DNA of 64,000 nucleotides, taken from positions 3,310,275 to 3,374,274 of the forward strand of contig CAVTYF010000001.1 in assembly GCA_963738935.1 (NCBI GenBank), given 5' to 3'. This document shows positions 26,507 to 36,016 of the stretch, one piece after another; within the stretch, counting starts at the first letter, position 1; each line of letters opens with the position of its first letter. The DNA is from an uncultured Acidobacteriota bacterium (GTDB lineage: Bacteria; Acidobacteriota; Blastocatellia; Pyrinomonadales; Pyrinomonadaceae). The translations under genes and the position numbers were made by a program. A model generated the notes under the pieces. The model was not told the DNA's origin and ran no database searches. It saw only the letters and a list, made by a program, of their open reading frames with translations.

Positions 26507-26839
26507 CTATTCGTTCCGATCAAACGTTGGCGGAGGCGGCGGGATGGTTGCTGGGGGTTCATCCGGAATCCGGTCCAGATATCGAAAGATTATAAGCAGC
26601 GGCACGACGCTCGCCGCGATCGAAACAATCGTAATTACCCATGTCAGATCATCGTAAAGCGTTTCTTTCCATCCCCACATTTCGACGCCAATGCCGATGA
26701 ACACCCCAAATCCGAGCGCGACGAGGATCTGAGCACCGATAAATGTCAGACCGCAAATAAACGCCCACAGTACGCCGCTCCGGCCCGAATCGCGGCCCTT
26801 TTTGTATCCAAAATAGAATGCCAGGATGGCGAGAATCAT
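26507..26839 (-). CDS. small integral membrane protein
   Basis: 110 aa, three predicted TM helices and a Pro-rich tail. It forms an operon-like tandem with the flanking minus-strand genes. Confidence 0.5.
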   Translation of the reverse strand: MILAILAFYFGYKKGRDSGRSGVLWAFICGLTFIGAQILVALGFGVFIGIGVEMWGWKETLYDDLTWVITIVSIAASVVPLLIIFRYLDRIPDEPPATIPPPPPTFDRNE

Positions 26840-26845
26840 AGGTCG

Positions 26846-27316
26846 TTACCTCTCTTCGAACTTTGGTTTCTTGGTGCTTATTTTTTTGTACGTCCCGGCG
26901 GCTGAGACGTTATGACCAAATCCGCAACCGGCTCCCGTACCGCCCTGAGTGACGCGTACAATTCCGGCCCGCACGAATTTGATGGTGATCCTACAGTCAG
27001 AATCTTCCGCAACGAACTTGGCCGTATCGCCGACAATCGAGGCTTCGTCATCGAGGCTGCCCATGTTCACCATCGGCTCGCCATTTTGCATCGTGTACGG
27101 ATAGACGAGATCGAGCGCAAAGCGAATCTTGCCGCCCCCGAGGGCAAGTATCTTGATGTCATTGGAAAACTCCTTGAACTTACCCGGAAAATTCATCTTG
27201 AACGTCCCCGACACCTCAGCCGCAGAAACACTCGATCGAGATTGGGCGGCCGCAGCACATGAAACCAGCATCAAAACCGAGAGAGTAGAAAGCAGATAGT
27301 AGATCGACTTGCGCAT
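26846..27316 (-). CDS. secreted hypothetical protein
   Basis: 156 aa with signal peptide MRKSIYYLLSTLSVLMLVSCAAAAQ. Confidence 0.5.
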   Translation of the reverse strand: MRKSIYYLLSTLSVLMLVSCAAAAQSRSSVSAAEVSGTFKMNFPGKFKEFSNDIKILALGGGKIRFALDLVYPYTMQNGEPMVNMGSLDDEASIVGDTAKFVAEDSDCRITIKFVRAGIVRVTQGGTGAGCGFGHNVSAAGTYKKISTKKPKFEER

Positions 27317-27443
27317 AAGAAATATCCCACCCAGTTACGTTTTCGTTTCGGCCTTGTTTACACGCGGGCTTCCGCACAAAAGGTTTATCTGCTATATTTT
27401 GCCTAACTCTTCTCAAAATTTAAACAGGTAAGGAAAGAAATTG

Positions 27444-29384
27444 ATGAGCGCAAATGCAGAAACGATCAATGGTGGTGCCGCAGTAACCTCTGGCAAACAC
27501 CCGAAAGGCCTTTACGTACTCTTCGCGACCGAGATGTGGGAGCGCTTTAGCTTCTACTCGATGCTGTCGCTGTTTACGCTCTATTTGCGTACCGACTTTG
27601 GCTTTACCGGCAGCGAAGCAACGACGCTCAACGCCAATTACCTGATGTTCGTCTACGCCAGCCCTCTCATCGGCGGTCTTATAGCGGACAGGATAACGGG
27701 CTACCGAAAAGCCGTGATGATCGGCGGCGTCTTTTTCATGCTCGGTCATGGACTGCTGTCGATACCCACGCTCTGGGCCGTCTATCTCGCATTAACGTGT
27801 CTCGTCATCGGAAACGGTTTCTTCAAGCCAAATGTCTCCACGATGGTCGGCAACCTTTATCCGGAAGGCAGCCACCTAAAGGATCGCGCTTACAATATTT
27901 TTTATATGGGCATCAATATCGGAGCCTTCGCCGCCCCGATCGTGATGCAGATCGTAAAGGATGCCGTCAGTGTGCACGCCGCGTTCGCAGTGGCCGCCTT
28001 TGGAATGCTCATTTCCGTCGGTACGCTGTGGTATTTCAAACAGCACGTACTGCACACCGACAAGAAGTTTGGCGCTGGTGACAATCAGGCCGCCGACACC
28101 GCAGCGACCGCTGTCGATATGCCGCCGCACGGTGTTAGCGATCAGGGCGTAGACGGCAGTACTGTCGCGGCCGGTCGCTCCGCACCTTTGACGGCCGGAC
28201 TCAAGGCGGCTCCTGTTGTCATCGCCCTCATCCTGCTCGCCCTCGGTGCCTACTTCTTCCCGGGCATAGTGCCGATCAAAGGAACCACGGGCTTTGTGAT
28301 CGGAGTCGCGGTCGCGGTCGTGCTCGGCATGTTCGGGTATCTCGTCAGCCGCGATATGATCGGCAAGGGCGACTCGGAGGCCGAACGAAACCCGGGCGTC
28401 GCGTCAACGCCCCTGAGTCGGATTCCCGACTGGAAACGCGCTTTTGGCCTCGTCGTCATATTTCTCGTCGTCATCGTCTTCTGGATGGTCTTTCACCAGA
28501 ACAGCTCGACGTTGACCTACTTTGCCGAAGACAATACAAGCATACCGGGTACGATATCTCAGGCGATAAACGCCTTCTGGGTGCTCGCACTCACGTTTCC
28601 GTTGGTGTGGTTTTGGGGCTGGCTTGACCGGAAAGGCATGGAACCTTCGACGCCAACCAAGATGGCGTTCGGAATGACATTGACCGGACTCTCATTCCTC
28701 GTCCTCTGGATCGGCGCTGGCATCGGCGAGAGCGCCGTCAAGACACCCGCACAGATCGCGACCGGAGACTTTCGCATAAACGAACGCGCCGCCACCAACC
28801 TTAAAGCAGGCGGCATGCCCGCCGAGGTTATTGACAAGATTATGGAGGCGAAAGACGCCGAGGGTAAGAAACTTGTCAACGGAGTAAAGTTTGCCTCGCT
28901 CTCGGATGATGCCATCGCCGAGCGTGAAAAGGAAAACCTTAAAGAAGGCAAACCCGCTTTTACCGAACAGGAAAGGACCGTGCTTAAGAGCGGCCAAACC
29001 CAAATGGTAAACGCCGTAAACGCCATCGCACCCGGCGCGGGCGATCAGTTTCGCGAACCAATCTCGCAGAACTCGTACCTTTTCAAGGTCGCGGCGTTTT
29101 GGCTCATACTCGGTTACATGATCGTTACGCTTGGCGAACTTATGCTATCGCCCATGGGTCTTTCGCTCGTGTCTAAGGTTGCACCTGTCGCAAAACGCGG
29201 TCTGCTAATGGGCGGCTGGTTTGTCGCCACGGCTATCGGTAACAAACTTACCCAGATCGGTATTTTCTGGGACGTCTGGCTGCAATCGACTTTCTTCCTC
29301 GTCCTCGCCTGCATGGCCCTGGTCATGGCAGTCGTACTATTCGCGATCTTGAAACCGTTGAAAAAGGCCATGCCGGGCGTTTGA
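27444..29384 (+). CDS. POT/PTR2-family proton-dependent di/tripeptide transporter with a large hydrophilic insert
   Basis: FATEMWERFSFYSMLSLFTLYL is the PTR2 signature. There are many TM helices and an insert of about 100 aa (…INERAATNLKAGGMPAEVIDKIMEAKD…). Confidence 0.85.
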   Translation: MSANAETINGGAAVTSGKHPKGLYVLFATEMWERFSFYSMLSLFTLYLRTDFGFTGSEATTLNANYLMFVYASPLIGGLIADRITGYRKAVMIGGVFFMLGHGLLSIPTLWAVYLALTCLVIGNGFFKPNVSTMVGNLYPEGSHLKDRAYNIFYMGINIGAFAAPIVMQIVKDAVSVHAAFAVAAFGMLISVGTLWYFKQHVLHTDKKFGAGDNQAADTAATAVDMPPHGVSDQGVDGSTVAAGRSAPLTAGLKAAPVVIALILLALGAYFFPGIVPIKGTTGFVIGVAVAVVLGMFGYLVSRDMIGKGDSEAERNPGVASTPLSRIPDWKRAFGLVVIFLVVIVFWMVFHQNSSTLTYFAEDNTSIPGTISQAINAFWVLALTFPLVWFWGWLDRKGMEPSTPTKMAFGMTLTGLSFLVLWIGAGIGESAVKTPAQIATGDFRINERAATNLKAGGMPAEVIDKIMEAKDAEGKKLVNGVKFASLSDDAIAEREKENLKEGKPAFTEQERTVLKSGQTQMVNAVNAIAPGAGDQFREPISQNSYLFKVAAFWLILGYMIVTLGELMLSPMGLSLVSKVAPVAKRGLLMGGWFVATAIGNKLTQIGIFWDVWLQSTFFLVLACMALVMAVVLFAILKPLKKAMPGV

Positions 29385-29408
29385 TGTGGTCGGTGCGTGA
29401 GATAAAAA

Positions 29409-29441
29409 CGCGAGATTGGCATTTGCCGATCTCGCGTTTTT
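29409..29441. terminator. bidirectional rho-independent terminator
   Basis: AAAAA-cgcgagattggcatttgccgatctcgcg-TTTTT, located between convergent genes ending at 29384 (+) and 29442 (-). Confidence 0.6.
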
Positions 29442-29703
29442 CTATTCGTAAAGCTGACTGTGGGTTCCAATAGCGACGAAGCGGGCTTCTTCTTCGCCAA
29501 CTGGTTCGTAGATAGCCCGGTAATCGCCCGTAACGTTAATACTTCTGTGGCCCTCCCACTCGCCATGTAGCGCATGGTTTCGCAGGACAGAATCGAAGGG
29601 ATTCGGAAAGAAATATCGTAACGCGCTCTTCGAATCTCGTCCGCACTTTCGCGGGAAGTTTTGCGTAAAGTTTATCGAAGTTGCGATGGAACTCTCCTTT
29701 CAC
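29442..29703 (-). pseudogene. RelE/YafQ-family toxin with a 1-nt insertion (span is 262 nt)
   Basis: The GTG start overlaps the antitoxin stop (GTGA). The N-terminal frame reads KGEFHRNFDKLYAKLPAKVRTRFEERVTIFL. The C-terminal frame reads NPFDSVLRNHALHGEWEGHRSINVTGDYRAIYEPVGEEEARFVAIGTHSQLYE. The shift lies in a T-run near 29604-29613. Confidence 0.65.
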
Positions 29704-29975
29704 TTTATAGATCGGAGATGGGCAATAACGTCTTCTGCATTAGTAAAAGGTCCCGAGACGTCATTAGGCGTTTCCTTCGCGGAACGAATTATTTCCTCGA
29801 GATATGGAGTCATCCGATAGCTCGGCTTTTCGACGGAGAACGACTCGGTCCGGACAAACTGCTTTAAGCCTGCCCTAACAACGGTGCTGATATCCAAGCC
29901 GAGCTCTTTTGCCAGCTTTTGGGCTCTCAGCTTCGTTTCGCGATCAATTGTAATATGAAGAGTTGTGGTGTCCAT
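29700..29975 (-). CDS. RelB/DinJ-family antitoxin
   Basis: MDTTTLHITIDRETKLRAQKLAKELGLDISTVVRAGLKQFV matches the DinJ RHH pattern. Confidence 0.7.
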   Translation of the reverse strand: MDTTTLHITIDRETKLRAQKLAKELGLDISTVVRAGLKQFVRTESFSVEKPSYRMTPYLEEIIRSAKETPNDVSGPFTNAEDVIAHLRSIK

Positions 29976-30008
29976 ATGTATTAAAGATAGACATTTCTCA
30001 TACTCTCG

Positions 30009-30236
30009 TCAATCTCGATCTCGATCTCGATTCCGAAAAGCTTCCATAGCCTCAGATGCACCCGCATGCATTATCTCCGGCTTATGATATTTCCAGTACT
30101 TTTCAAACTCTTCGTCTGACATGGACGTATTCTCCAGACGAGTTTTTTCTTTTAGAAATTTCTCGGCCCAGGCCCGGGTGTCCATATCTTTGTTCAACGC
30201 CGTGCGGGCGCCGTGCATCAAATTGTCGCGTTCCAT
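30009..30236 (-). CDS. small hypothetical protein
   Basis: 75-aa ORF ending in RDRDRD, encoded by a (tcgatc)3 repeat. No motif recognised. Confidence 0.35.
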   Translation of the reverse strand: MERDNLMHGARTALNKDMDTRAWAEKFLKEKTRLENTSMSDEEFEKYWKYHKPEIMHAGASEAMEAFRNRDRDRD

Positions 30237-30306
30237 TTGTATGTCCCCTTATGCTACTTTTGAGAATGTTACTTTGAGAATAAGCCATTTTACTGGAGCT
30301 TTTTTT

Positions 30307-31827
30307 GTGAAAAAAATTCTTGCCTCATTCCTCACAATACTATCATTACTGTCTTCATCGGGCATCGCGCAGAAAGTCGTTGAGCGGCTACCGCCGAAGG
30401 AGTCGCCACCGTCGCCGGTCAAACCGCAATCGGTTTATGAGATACCGATTGTAACCAAGACGCTGGCAAACGGTTTGCAGATAATCGTACTGCCCGATAC
30501 ATCGGTTCCGTTGGTTACGGTCGAGCTGGCGGTGCGCAACGGTTCGTTTACCGAGCCGCCCGAGCTAAACGGCCTCTCGCATCTCTATGAGCACATGTTT
30601 TTTAAGACGAATAAAGCAACTGCCGTCTTTAGATGCGAGTTTTTGCAGTTTCGCAACGCGACGGCCTTTCGCCAACTCGGCTGCGACAACGACATAAAGC
30701 TGAAGCCAGAGCTGAAAGATGTCGGCTATGTCGGTCAGATCGACCAACTTGGGGTCGTCAATAACGGAACAACCCGCGAAGAGGTTGTTCAGTATTACTT
30801 CACGACGACGAGCCCGAATCTCCTGCCCGCAATGCGCTTCATCAAAGACGCCGTCCGCTATCCCGTGTTTGACGAACAAGAGTTCGAGGGAGAAAAACAA
30901 AATGTCCTCGCGGAACTCGACCGCAATCTGTCGCAGCCCGGCTACTACCTCAATCAGGAATCGCTCGAACGCCTTTTCTACAAATACCCGACGCGAAAAA
31001 GCCCCGGCGGGACAAAAGCGACGGTGGCCGCCGCGACGACGGACAAGATGCGGCTGATCCAGTCCCGCTACTATGTACCAAACAACTCGGCGCTCGTCGT
31101 GACCGGCGATGTCGATCCGCAGAATATTTTTAAGCTTGGCGAAGAGCTGTTTGGTGACTGGAAGAAAGGCGACGATCCGTTTATCAAGTTTCCGCTCGTT
31201 GAGCATCCGCCGCTCTTGAAAAGCGAAGGTGCGATCGTCAGCCAGCCGGTCCAGAGCGTTCTGGTTCAGGTCAGTTGGCAGGGACCGTCGATCGGTAAAG
31301 ACGATGCGGCGACATATGCGGCAGACGTTTTTTCATTTATCCTTCGCCAGCCGGATTCGCGTTTTCAGCGGGCGCTTGTTGATTCACAGCTAACAACTGG
31401 CTCGAATATCGGCTATTACACCCAGCGAAACGTCGGGCCAATCCAGGCGATCGTTTCGACTACGCCGCAAAAGGCAAAGACGGCGATGAAGACCCTTTAT
31501 GCCGAAATTGCCCAGTTCGACAAACCGGGTTATTTCACCGATGAAGAACTCGACAGCGCCAAGGCCCTGCTCGAAGCGGATGACCTTTACAGCCGTGAAA
31601 AATTGAGCGAGTACGGCCATACACTCAGCTTTTGGTGGTCAACGACCGGCATCGATTATTTCCGTGGCTATCACAAAAACCTGCGTGCAACGACCCGCTC
31701 CGATATTGTCAAATATGTGCAAACGTACATCCAAAACAAACCGCACGTCGCCATCGCCCTGATCTCGACAGAGCAACAGGCGGTCGCAAAACTCACGACC
31801 GAGGACCTGATCGGAGGTAAACAATGA
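30307..31827 (+). CDS. M16-family zinc peptidase (pitrilysin-like, catalytic subunit)
   Basis: HxxEH is present in GLSHLYEHMFFK. The likely GTG start at 30307 gives the signal peptide VKKILASFLTILSLLSSSGIAQ. The listed ORF starts at 30121 and overlaps the opposite-strand gene. Confidence 0.8.
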   Translation: MKKILASFLTILSLLSSSGIAQKVVERLPPKESPPSPVKPQSVYEIPIVTKTLANGLQIIVLPDTSVPLVTVELAVRNGSFTEPPELNGLSHLYEHMFFKTNKATAVFRCEFLQFRNATAFRQLGCDNDIKLKPELKDVGYVGQIDQLGVVNNGTTREEVVQYYFTTTSPNLLPAMRFIKDAVRYPVFDEQEFEGEKQNVLAELDRNLSQPGYYLNQESLERLFYKYPTRKSPGGTKATVAAATTDKMRLIQSRYYVPNNSALVVTGDVDPQNIFKLGEELFGDWKKGDDPFIKFPLVEHPPLLKSEGAIVSQPVQSVLVQVSWQGPSIGKDDAATYAADVFSFILRQPDSRFQRALVDSQLTTGSNIGYYTQRNVGPIQAIVSTTPQKAKTAMKTLYAEIAQFDKPGYFTDEELDSAKALLEADDLYSREKLSEYGHTLSFWWSTTGIDYFRGYHKNLRATTRSDIVKYVQTYIQNKPHVAIALISTEQQAVAKLTTEDLIGGKQ

Positions 31828-33152
31828 TGTTCAAAATCGCTATTGGGTTTATTCTCGTTCTCGCTCTTGGACTGGCTCCGGCGAATTTCGCGTATGCGCA
31901 AGCGACCACGACAGCCGCCGGAAAGATTTCGGAATTCGACATCAATGGAATGAAGATCCTTATCAAACAGCGCCCGGGGACACCGACCGTCGCTGCGGGA
32001 CTTTTCTTTCGCGGCGGTGTTAAAAATGTAACTGCGGATAATGCTGGTATCGAGGCGTTGACACTCAATGCCGCAACGGAAGGTAGTAAATCGTATCCCC
32101 GCCAAAAATTGCGAAAAGAGACGTCGAGCGCAGGAACCGTCATTTCGGCTGGTGCGAACTTCGATTTCAGCGTACTTGCGATGGCGTGTACCAAGTTGAG
32201 TTTTGATAATTCGTGGCGGATATTTGCCGATGTTGCCTTAAATCCGGCGTTCGTTCCTGACGATGTCGAGCGCGTTCGCGGTAATTTTCTCACGGCACTT
32301 CGCTCACAGTCAGATTCGCCTGAGGGTTCGCTCGATTTTGCGGGCGACTCCATCCTCTATGCCGGACATCCGTACGCTAACAGCCCGCAGGGGACGATTG
32401 CCAATTTTACTAAATTTAAGCCCGCCGATCTCGCCGCGTATCATCGCGGCATGATCCAGACCTCGCGGATGCTGCTCGTCGTTGTGGGCGATCTCGATCC
32501 GGCCGTTTTGTTGAAACAGATCGAGGCGTCGTTTGGAAAGCTTCCACGCGGCGCCTATAAAGACAGTCCGCTCACAAGCCTGAACTTTTCAAAACCGACG
32601 GTCGATGTCACCTCGAAAACGGTCGAGACAAATTATGTAAAGGGAACCTTTGCCGCACCATCGCTTCGCGACGCAGACTATTACGCGATGCGGACCGCAA
32701 TAACCGTTTTGCAGCAGCGGGTTTTTGAGGAAGTGCGTAATAAGCGCAATTTGTCCTACGCTCCCGACGCTGAATTAGACGAGCATGCCGCCAACACCGC
32801 GTCAATCTCGGTCTCAACCGACCGCCCCAACGAGGCCGTTTCGGTCATGCTTGACGAGATAAAAAAACTCAAACAGGGATCGGTCGAGGCCGATACCATC
32901 GGTCAAATGGGAGCCTATTTCCTTACGACCTATTATCTAAAGCAGGAAACGAACGCCGCGCAGGCCGCAGAATTGGCCCAATATGAAATACTCGGCGGCG
33001 GCTGGCGAAATTCGCTCGATTTTCTCGACCGGATGCGCAAGGTAAATCCCGCTGAAATACAAGCCGTCGCGAATAAGTATATGAAGAATATTCGTTTTGT
33101 CATCGTCGGCAATCCGGCGGATGTCGACAGGGCGATTTTCCTTCAGAATTAA
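31824..33152 (+). CDS. M16-family peptidase, non-catalytic partner subunit
   Basis: ATGA overlap with the previous gene. Signal peptide present. The layout is M16-like but there is no HxxEH motif. Confidence 0.8.
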   Translation: MMFKIAIGFILVLALGLAPANFAYAQATTTAAGKISEFDINGMKILIKQRPGTPTVAAGLFFRGGVKNVTADNAGIEALTLNAATEGSKSYPRQKLRKETSSAGTVISAGANFDFSVLAMACTKLSFDNSWRIFADVALNPAFVPDDVERVRGNFLTALRSQSDSPEGSLDFAGDSILYAGHPYANSPQGTIANFTKFKPADLAAYHRGMIQTSRMLLVVVGDLDPAVLLKQIEASFGKLPRGAYKDSPLTSLNFSKPTVDVTSKTVETNYVKGTFAAPSLRDADYYAMRTAITVLQQRVFEEVRNKRNLSYAPDAELDEHAANTASISVSTDRPNEAVSVMLDEIKKLKQGSVEADTIGQMGAYFLTTYYLKQETNAAQAAELAQYEILGGGWRNSLDFLDRMRKVNPAEIQAVANKYMKNIRFVIVGNPADVDRAIFLQN

Positions 33153-33199
33153 AGATCTCTGGATCTTAACTACTCATTATGAAAAACTTAAACCCCTGA

Positions 33200-34573
33200 A
33201 TGACATTACACGAATCAGCCTCATTCGCCAGACCGAGCACGATTGCCGATATTGCTGCCGGGGAGCGGGCGTGTCCAGTTTGTTCGCGGGATACGCAGGA
33301 CGAATATGTTCCGCTTGTTTCACTCGTCGAGGATCTTGGAAAGTTGATCCGGGCGAATGCTCCGGACACGGCCGAGTTTCAGGCGGTTTGTGCTCGCTGC
33401 GTCAGGTTGTTTGAAAGAGCAAAGGACCACATCGTTGCTGACGCCGCCATGCAGAAAGACGGTTCGCATGTGCTATCGACGCCTTTGCGGCTCGATGCCG
33501 ACGATAGGTTTACCGGAAAAGGCGTGACAATTGCGTTTCTCGATTCCGGCTTTTACCCGCATGTCGATCTGACAACGCCGCGAAATCGCATTCTCGCCTA
33601 CCGTAATTTGATCGACCGGGATGGCGATCTCTCATCGCTGTTTCAACCGGACGTGGCGAGTTGGCACGGCATGATGACCTCGGTCGTCGCGGCCGGCAAT
33701 GGCACGCTTTCAAATGGCTTTTATCGTGGAATGGCCCCTGACGCCGAGGTCGTTCTGATAAAACTGGCCCGCACCGGTCGTATCACCGATCAAAACATCC
33801 TGGACGGTCTCGAATGGGTTCTCAGAAATCACGAAAAATACCGCATTTCCGTCGTAAACATCTCAGCCGGCGGTGACGAGGAGTTGAGCTATCTGCACTC
33901 GCCGCTTTCGCAGGCCGTCGAGGCCTGCTCGGCGGCTGGAATTACGGTTGTTTGTGCCGTCGGCAACGCCGGACATTTGGCAAATCACCCGGTCGTCCCG
34001 CCCGCGAGCGCACCGTCATGTATCGCGGTCGGCGGACTCGATGACAATAATTCGATAAATCGTGCAAAACGCGGCATGTACCGGTCGTCGTATGGTCCGA
34101 CGATCGACGGGCTGCAAAAGCCGGAGGTTATCGCTTCTTCAATCTGGATTCCGGCCCCGATTTTGCCAAATACGCCGACCGCACAGCAGGCCGCGCTTCT
34201 CCAACTGCTCGACAAAGCGACGGACGAAAACCTGCACGAAATTATCCGCGAACACCACGGTATCGATCCCGAACTCGACGCTGCGCTGGACCGGCCCGTC
34301 CATAGCATTCGTCAGATAATCATTCTGAAAATCCGCCGCGAAAATGTGATTACTAAACACTATAAATACGTCGATGGCACATCATTTTCGGCCCCGATCG
34401 TCTCGTCCGTAGCCGCTCAAATGATCGAGGCAAACCCAAATCTGACTCCCAGCCAAATTAAAAAGATACTCATTTCGACCGCCGAACGTCTTCCTCATTA
34501 CGAGGTCGACCGTCAGGGCTGGGGCGTGATCGACCCGCGTCGAGCGGTCGAGGCCGCCATTTTGGTCAGATAA
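33200..34573 (+). CDS. S8-family subtilisin-like serine protease with an N-terminal CxxC...CxxC region and no signal peptide
   Basis: Catalytic triad contexts: TIAFLDSGF (Asp), SWHGMMTSVVAAG (His), GTSFSAPIVSSVAAQM (Ser). The N-terminus has CPVCSR...CARCVR. Confidence 0.85.
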   Translation: MTLHESASFARPSTIADIAAGERACPVCSRDTQDEYVPLVSLVEDLGKLIRANAPDTAEFQAVCARCVRLFERAKDHIVADAAMQKDGSHVLSTPLRLDADDRFTGKGVTIAFLDSGFYPHVDLTTPRNRILAYRNLIDRDGDLSSLFQPDVASWHGMMTSVVAAGNGTLSNGFYRGMAPDAEVVLIKLARTGRITDQNILDGLEWVLRNHEKYRISVVNISAGGDEELSYLHSPLSQAVEACSAAGITVVCAVGNAGHLANHPVVPPASAPSCIAVGGLDDNNSINRAKRGMYRSSYGPTIDGLQKPEVIASSIWIPAPILPNTPTAQQAALLQLLDKATDENLHEIIREHHGIDPELDAALDRPVHSIRQIIILKIRRENVITKHYKYVDGTSFSAPIVSSVAAQMIEANPNLTPSQIKKILISTAERLPHYEVDRQGWGVIDPRRAVEAAILVR

Positions 34574-34836
34574 GGATCAATTTTGGTGGTGGTTTTTTTG
34601 TCAAAAATGACATTTCCGCTATTTTAAATGTGGCACGTGCCACACTTTCTCTAAAACGGCCTATTTATGGCTTTTTGTCCGACAAAATGGCCTCATTGGT
34701 CACCGTAAAACAGCCGTTTTGCGTCGCAAATCAGCTCGATTGGTAGAGGTGAATTGCCCGTTGGTCAAAGGTGTTTTGGACACAAAGGCCGTTACCAATC
34801 GACTGCACAGACCCGCTCACGCAGGCGGTTCTGACT

Positions 34837-35622
34837 TTATCCATTCGCATTTCCTGGCGGCCGGTTGGTTAGCGGCGGCGGGCGTGGGCCAGTTCGCGGC
34901 GTACCGACCGGTGTTGGTGAGGTATTTACCGGCGGTCGCGTGTTCACTGGCGGTCGCGGGGTCGCGGTGTTTGACGGCGTCGATACTGGCGTCTGCACCG
35001 GTGTCGGACTTGGACTCGGCCGTGCCGGAGGCGTCGGCGTTGGCCGCGTGTTTGTATTGGTAGGCAGATTGGCAATCGGGCTGATGTTTGTGTTCAGGTT
35101 CAGATTTGAATTCACGTTAGCGTTAAAGTTGAAGTTCGAATCAAAACCTAAATTGGTGTTCAGATTGGTATTCTGATTGGCATTGGCATTGATATTTACA
35201 TTCACATTCGCCGGTGTGTCCCTCTGCAAAAACCAGAACACAATCGAACCCATGCCGAGCACAAAAAGTGTGCCGAGGATCGTTAGAAAAACCGTCCTTG
35301 CCGTATTCGGCGGCGGCGGCGGTACGACATATCCCTGGGCCGTTCGGGCCCTCACCTGCGGTTCCTGCGGCTGCGATGTCGGTATGACGATCCGCTCGGA
35401 CTGTCCCTGCGTGTCGTATGCAATCGGCTGCTCATCCGGGACGAGAGGCTTGAGCCGGATCACGGTTTCCTGTCCAAAATCATCATCCACTTCCTCGATA
35501 TTCTCGCTCGGCATCGCAGTGAATGACGGCTGCACCTCATCGATGAGCGGCGTGCCGTCCTTCGTGCAAAACCTGATAATCTCTTCGTCGTAACGCTCGC
35601 TGCAGACGGGACAATATTTCAT
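34837..35622 (-). CDS. zinc-ribbon membrane protein with an Asn-rich low-complexity region and a Pro/Thr-rich tail
   Basis: MKYCPVCSERYDEEIIRFCTKDGTPLI at the N-terminus. TM helix VFLTILGTLFVLGMGSIVFWF. Then NVNVNINANANQNTNLNTNLGFDSNFNFNANVNSNLNLNTN, followed by a PTP-rich C-terminus. Confidence 0.6.
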   Translation of the reverse strand: MKYCPVCSERYDEEIIRFCTKDGTPLIDEVQPSFTAMPSENIEEVDDDFGQETVIRLKPLVPDEQPIAYDTQGQSERIVIPTSQPQEPQVRARTAQGYVVPPPPPNTARTVFLTILGTLFVLGMGSIVFWFLQRDTPANVNVNINANANQNTNLNTNLGFDSNFNFNANVNSNLNLNTNISPIANLPTNTNTRPTPTPPARPSPSPTPVQTPVSTPSNTATPRPPVNTRPPVNTSPTPVGTPRTGPRPPPLTNRPPGNANG

Positions 35623-36016
35623 AAGGCTATTTTCGTTCGTGAGGGCTGGATCAAAAAACGTCTCTTGTCTCTAGGCATCTTATCACGAAACGTTTTGAGC
35701 GCGGCAACTCCCGGCTCCTGATGGAAAGGTGAGTAATGAAAGCTCGAATGGACTACACCGTCTTTAGAGATGCGTTAAGAAATGGCCTAACGCAGAGGCC
35801 GCTGAGGAAGCAGCGGCGAACGCTGAGCAAGATTCTGAATATTCGCAATTACAAACACTACCGACATCTGGCGCGAATCATTTTAGTAAAAGTTCATAAA
35901 CCAAGTAAATAGATGGTTTCACGAGGCCCTGAAAACCACGATTTTACCCCCGTAGGTTGCCTTGAGACGATATACGGGAAGAACCGATAAACAGGGCTTC
36001 CCGACGTGACGGGGGT

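Noticed and set aside
29114-29575. 153-aa minus-strand ORF overlapping the 3' end of the POT transporter and the RelE remnant
   Set aside because: It overlaps two better-supported genes and the terminator hairpin. Its composition is low-complexity and no motif was found.
30121-30306. Upstream extension of the M16 peptidase ORF
   Set aside because: The extension overlaps the opposite-strand ORF 30009..30236 and lacks a signal peptide. The GTG at 30307 gives a standard signal peptide.
35781-35830. Hairpin gccgctg-aggaag-cagcggc within aacgcagaggccgctgaggaagcagcggcgaacgctgagc, considered as an ncRNA or REP element in the 394-nt gap downstream of the giant protein gene's 3' end
   Set aside because: There is a single copy in the window, the stem is short, and there is no T-tract or recognisable RNA family. 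A genome-wide repeat search would be needed.
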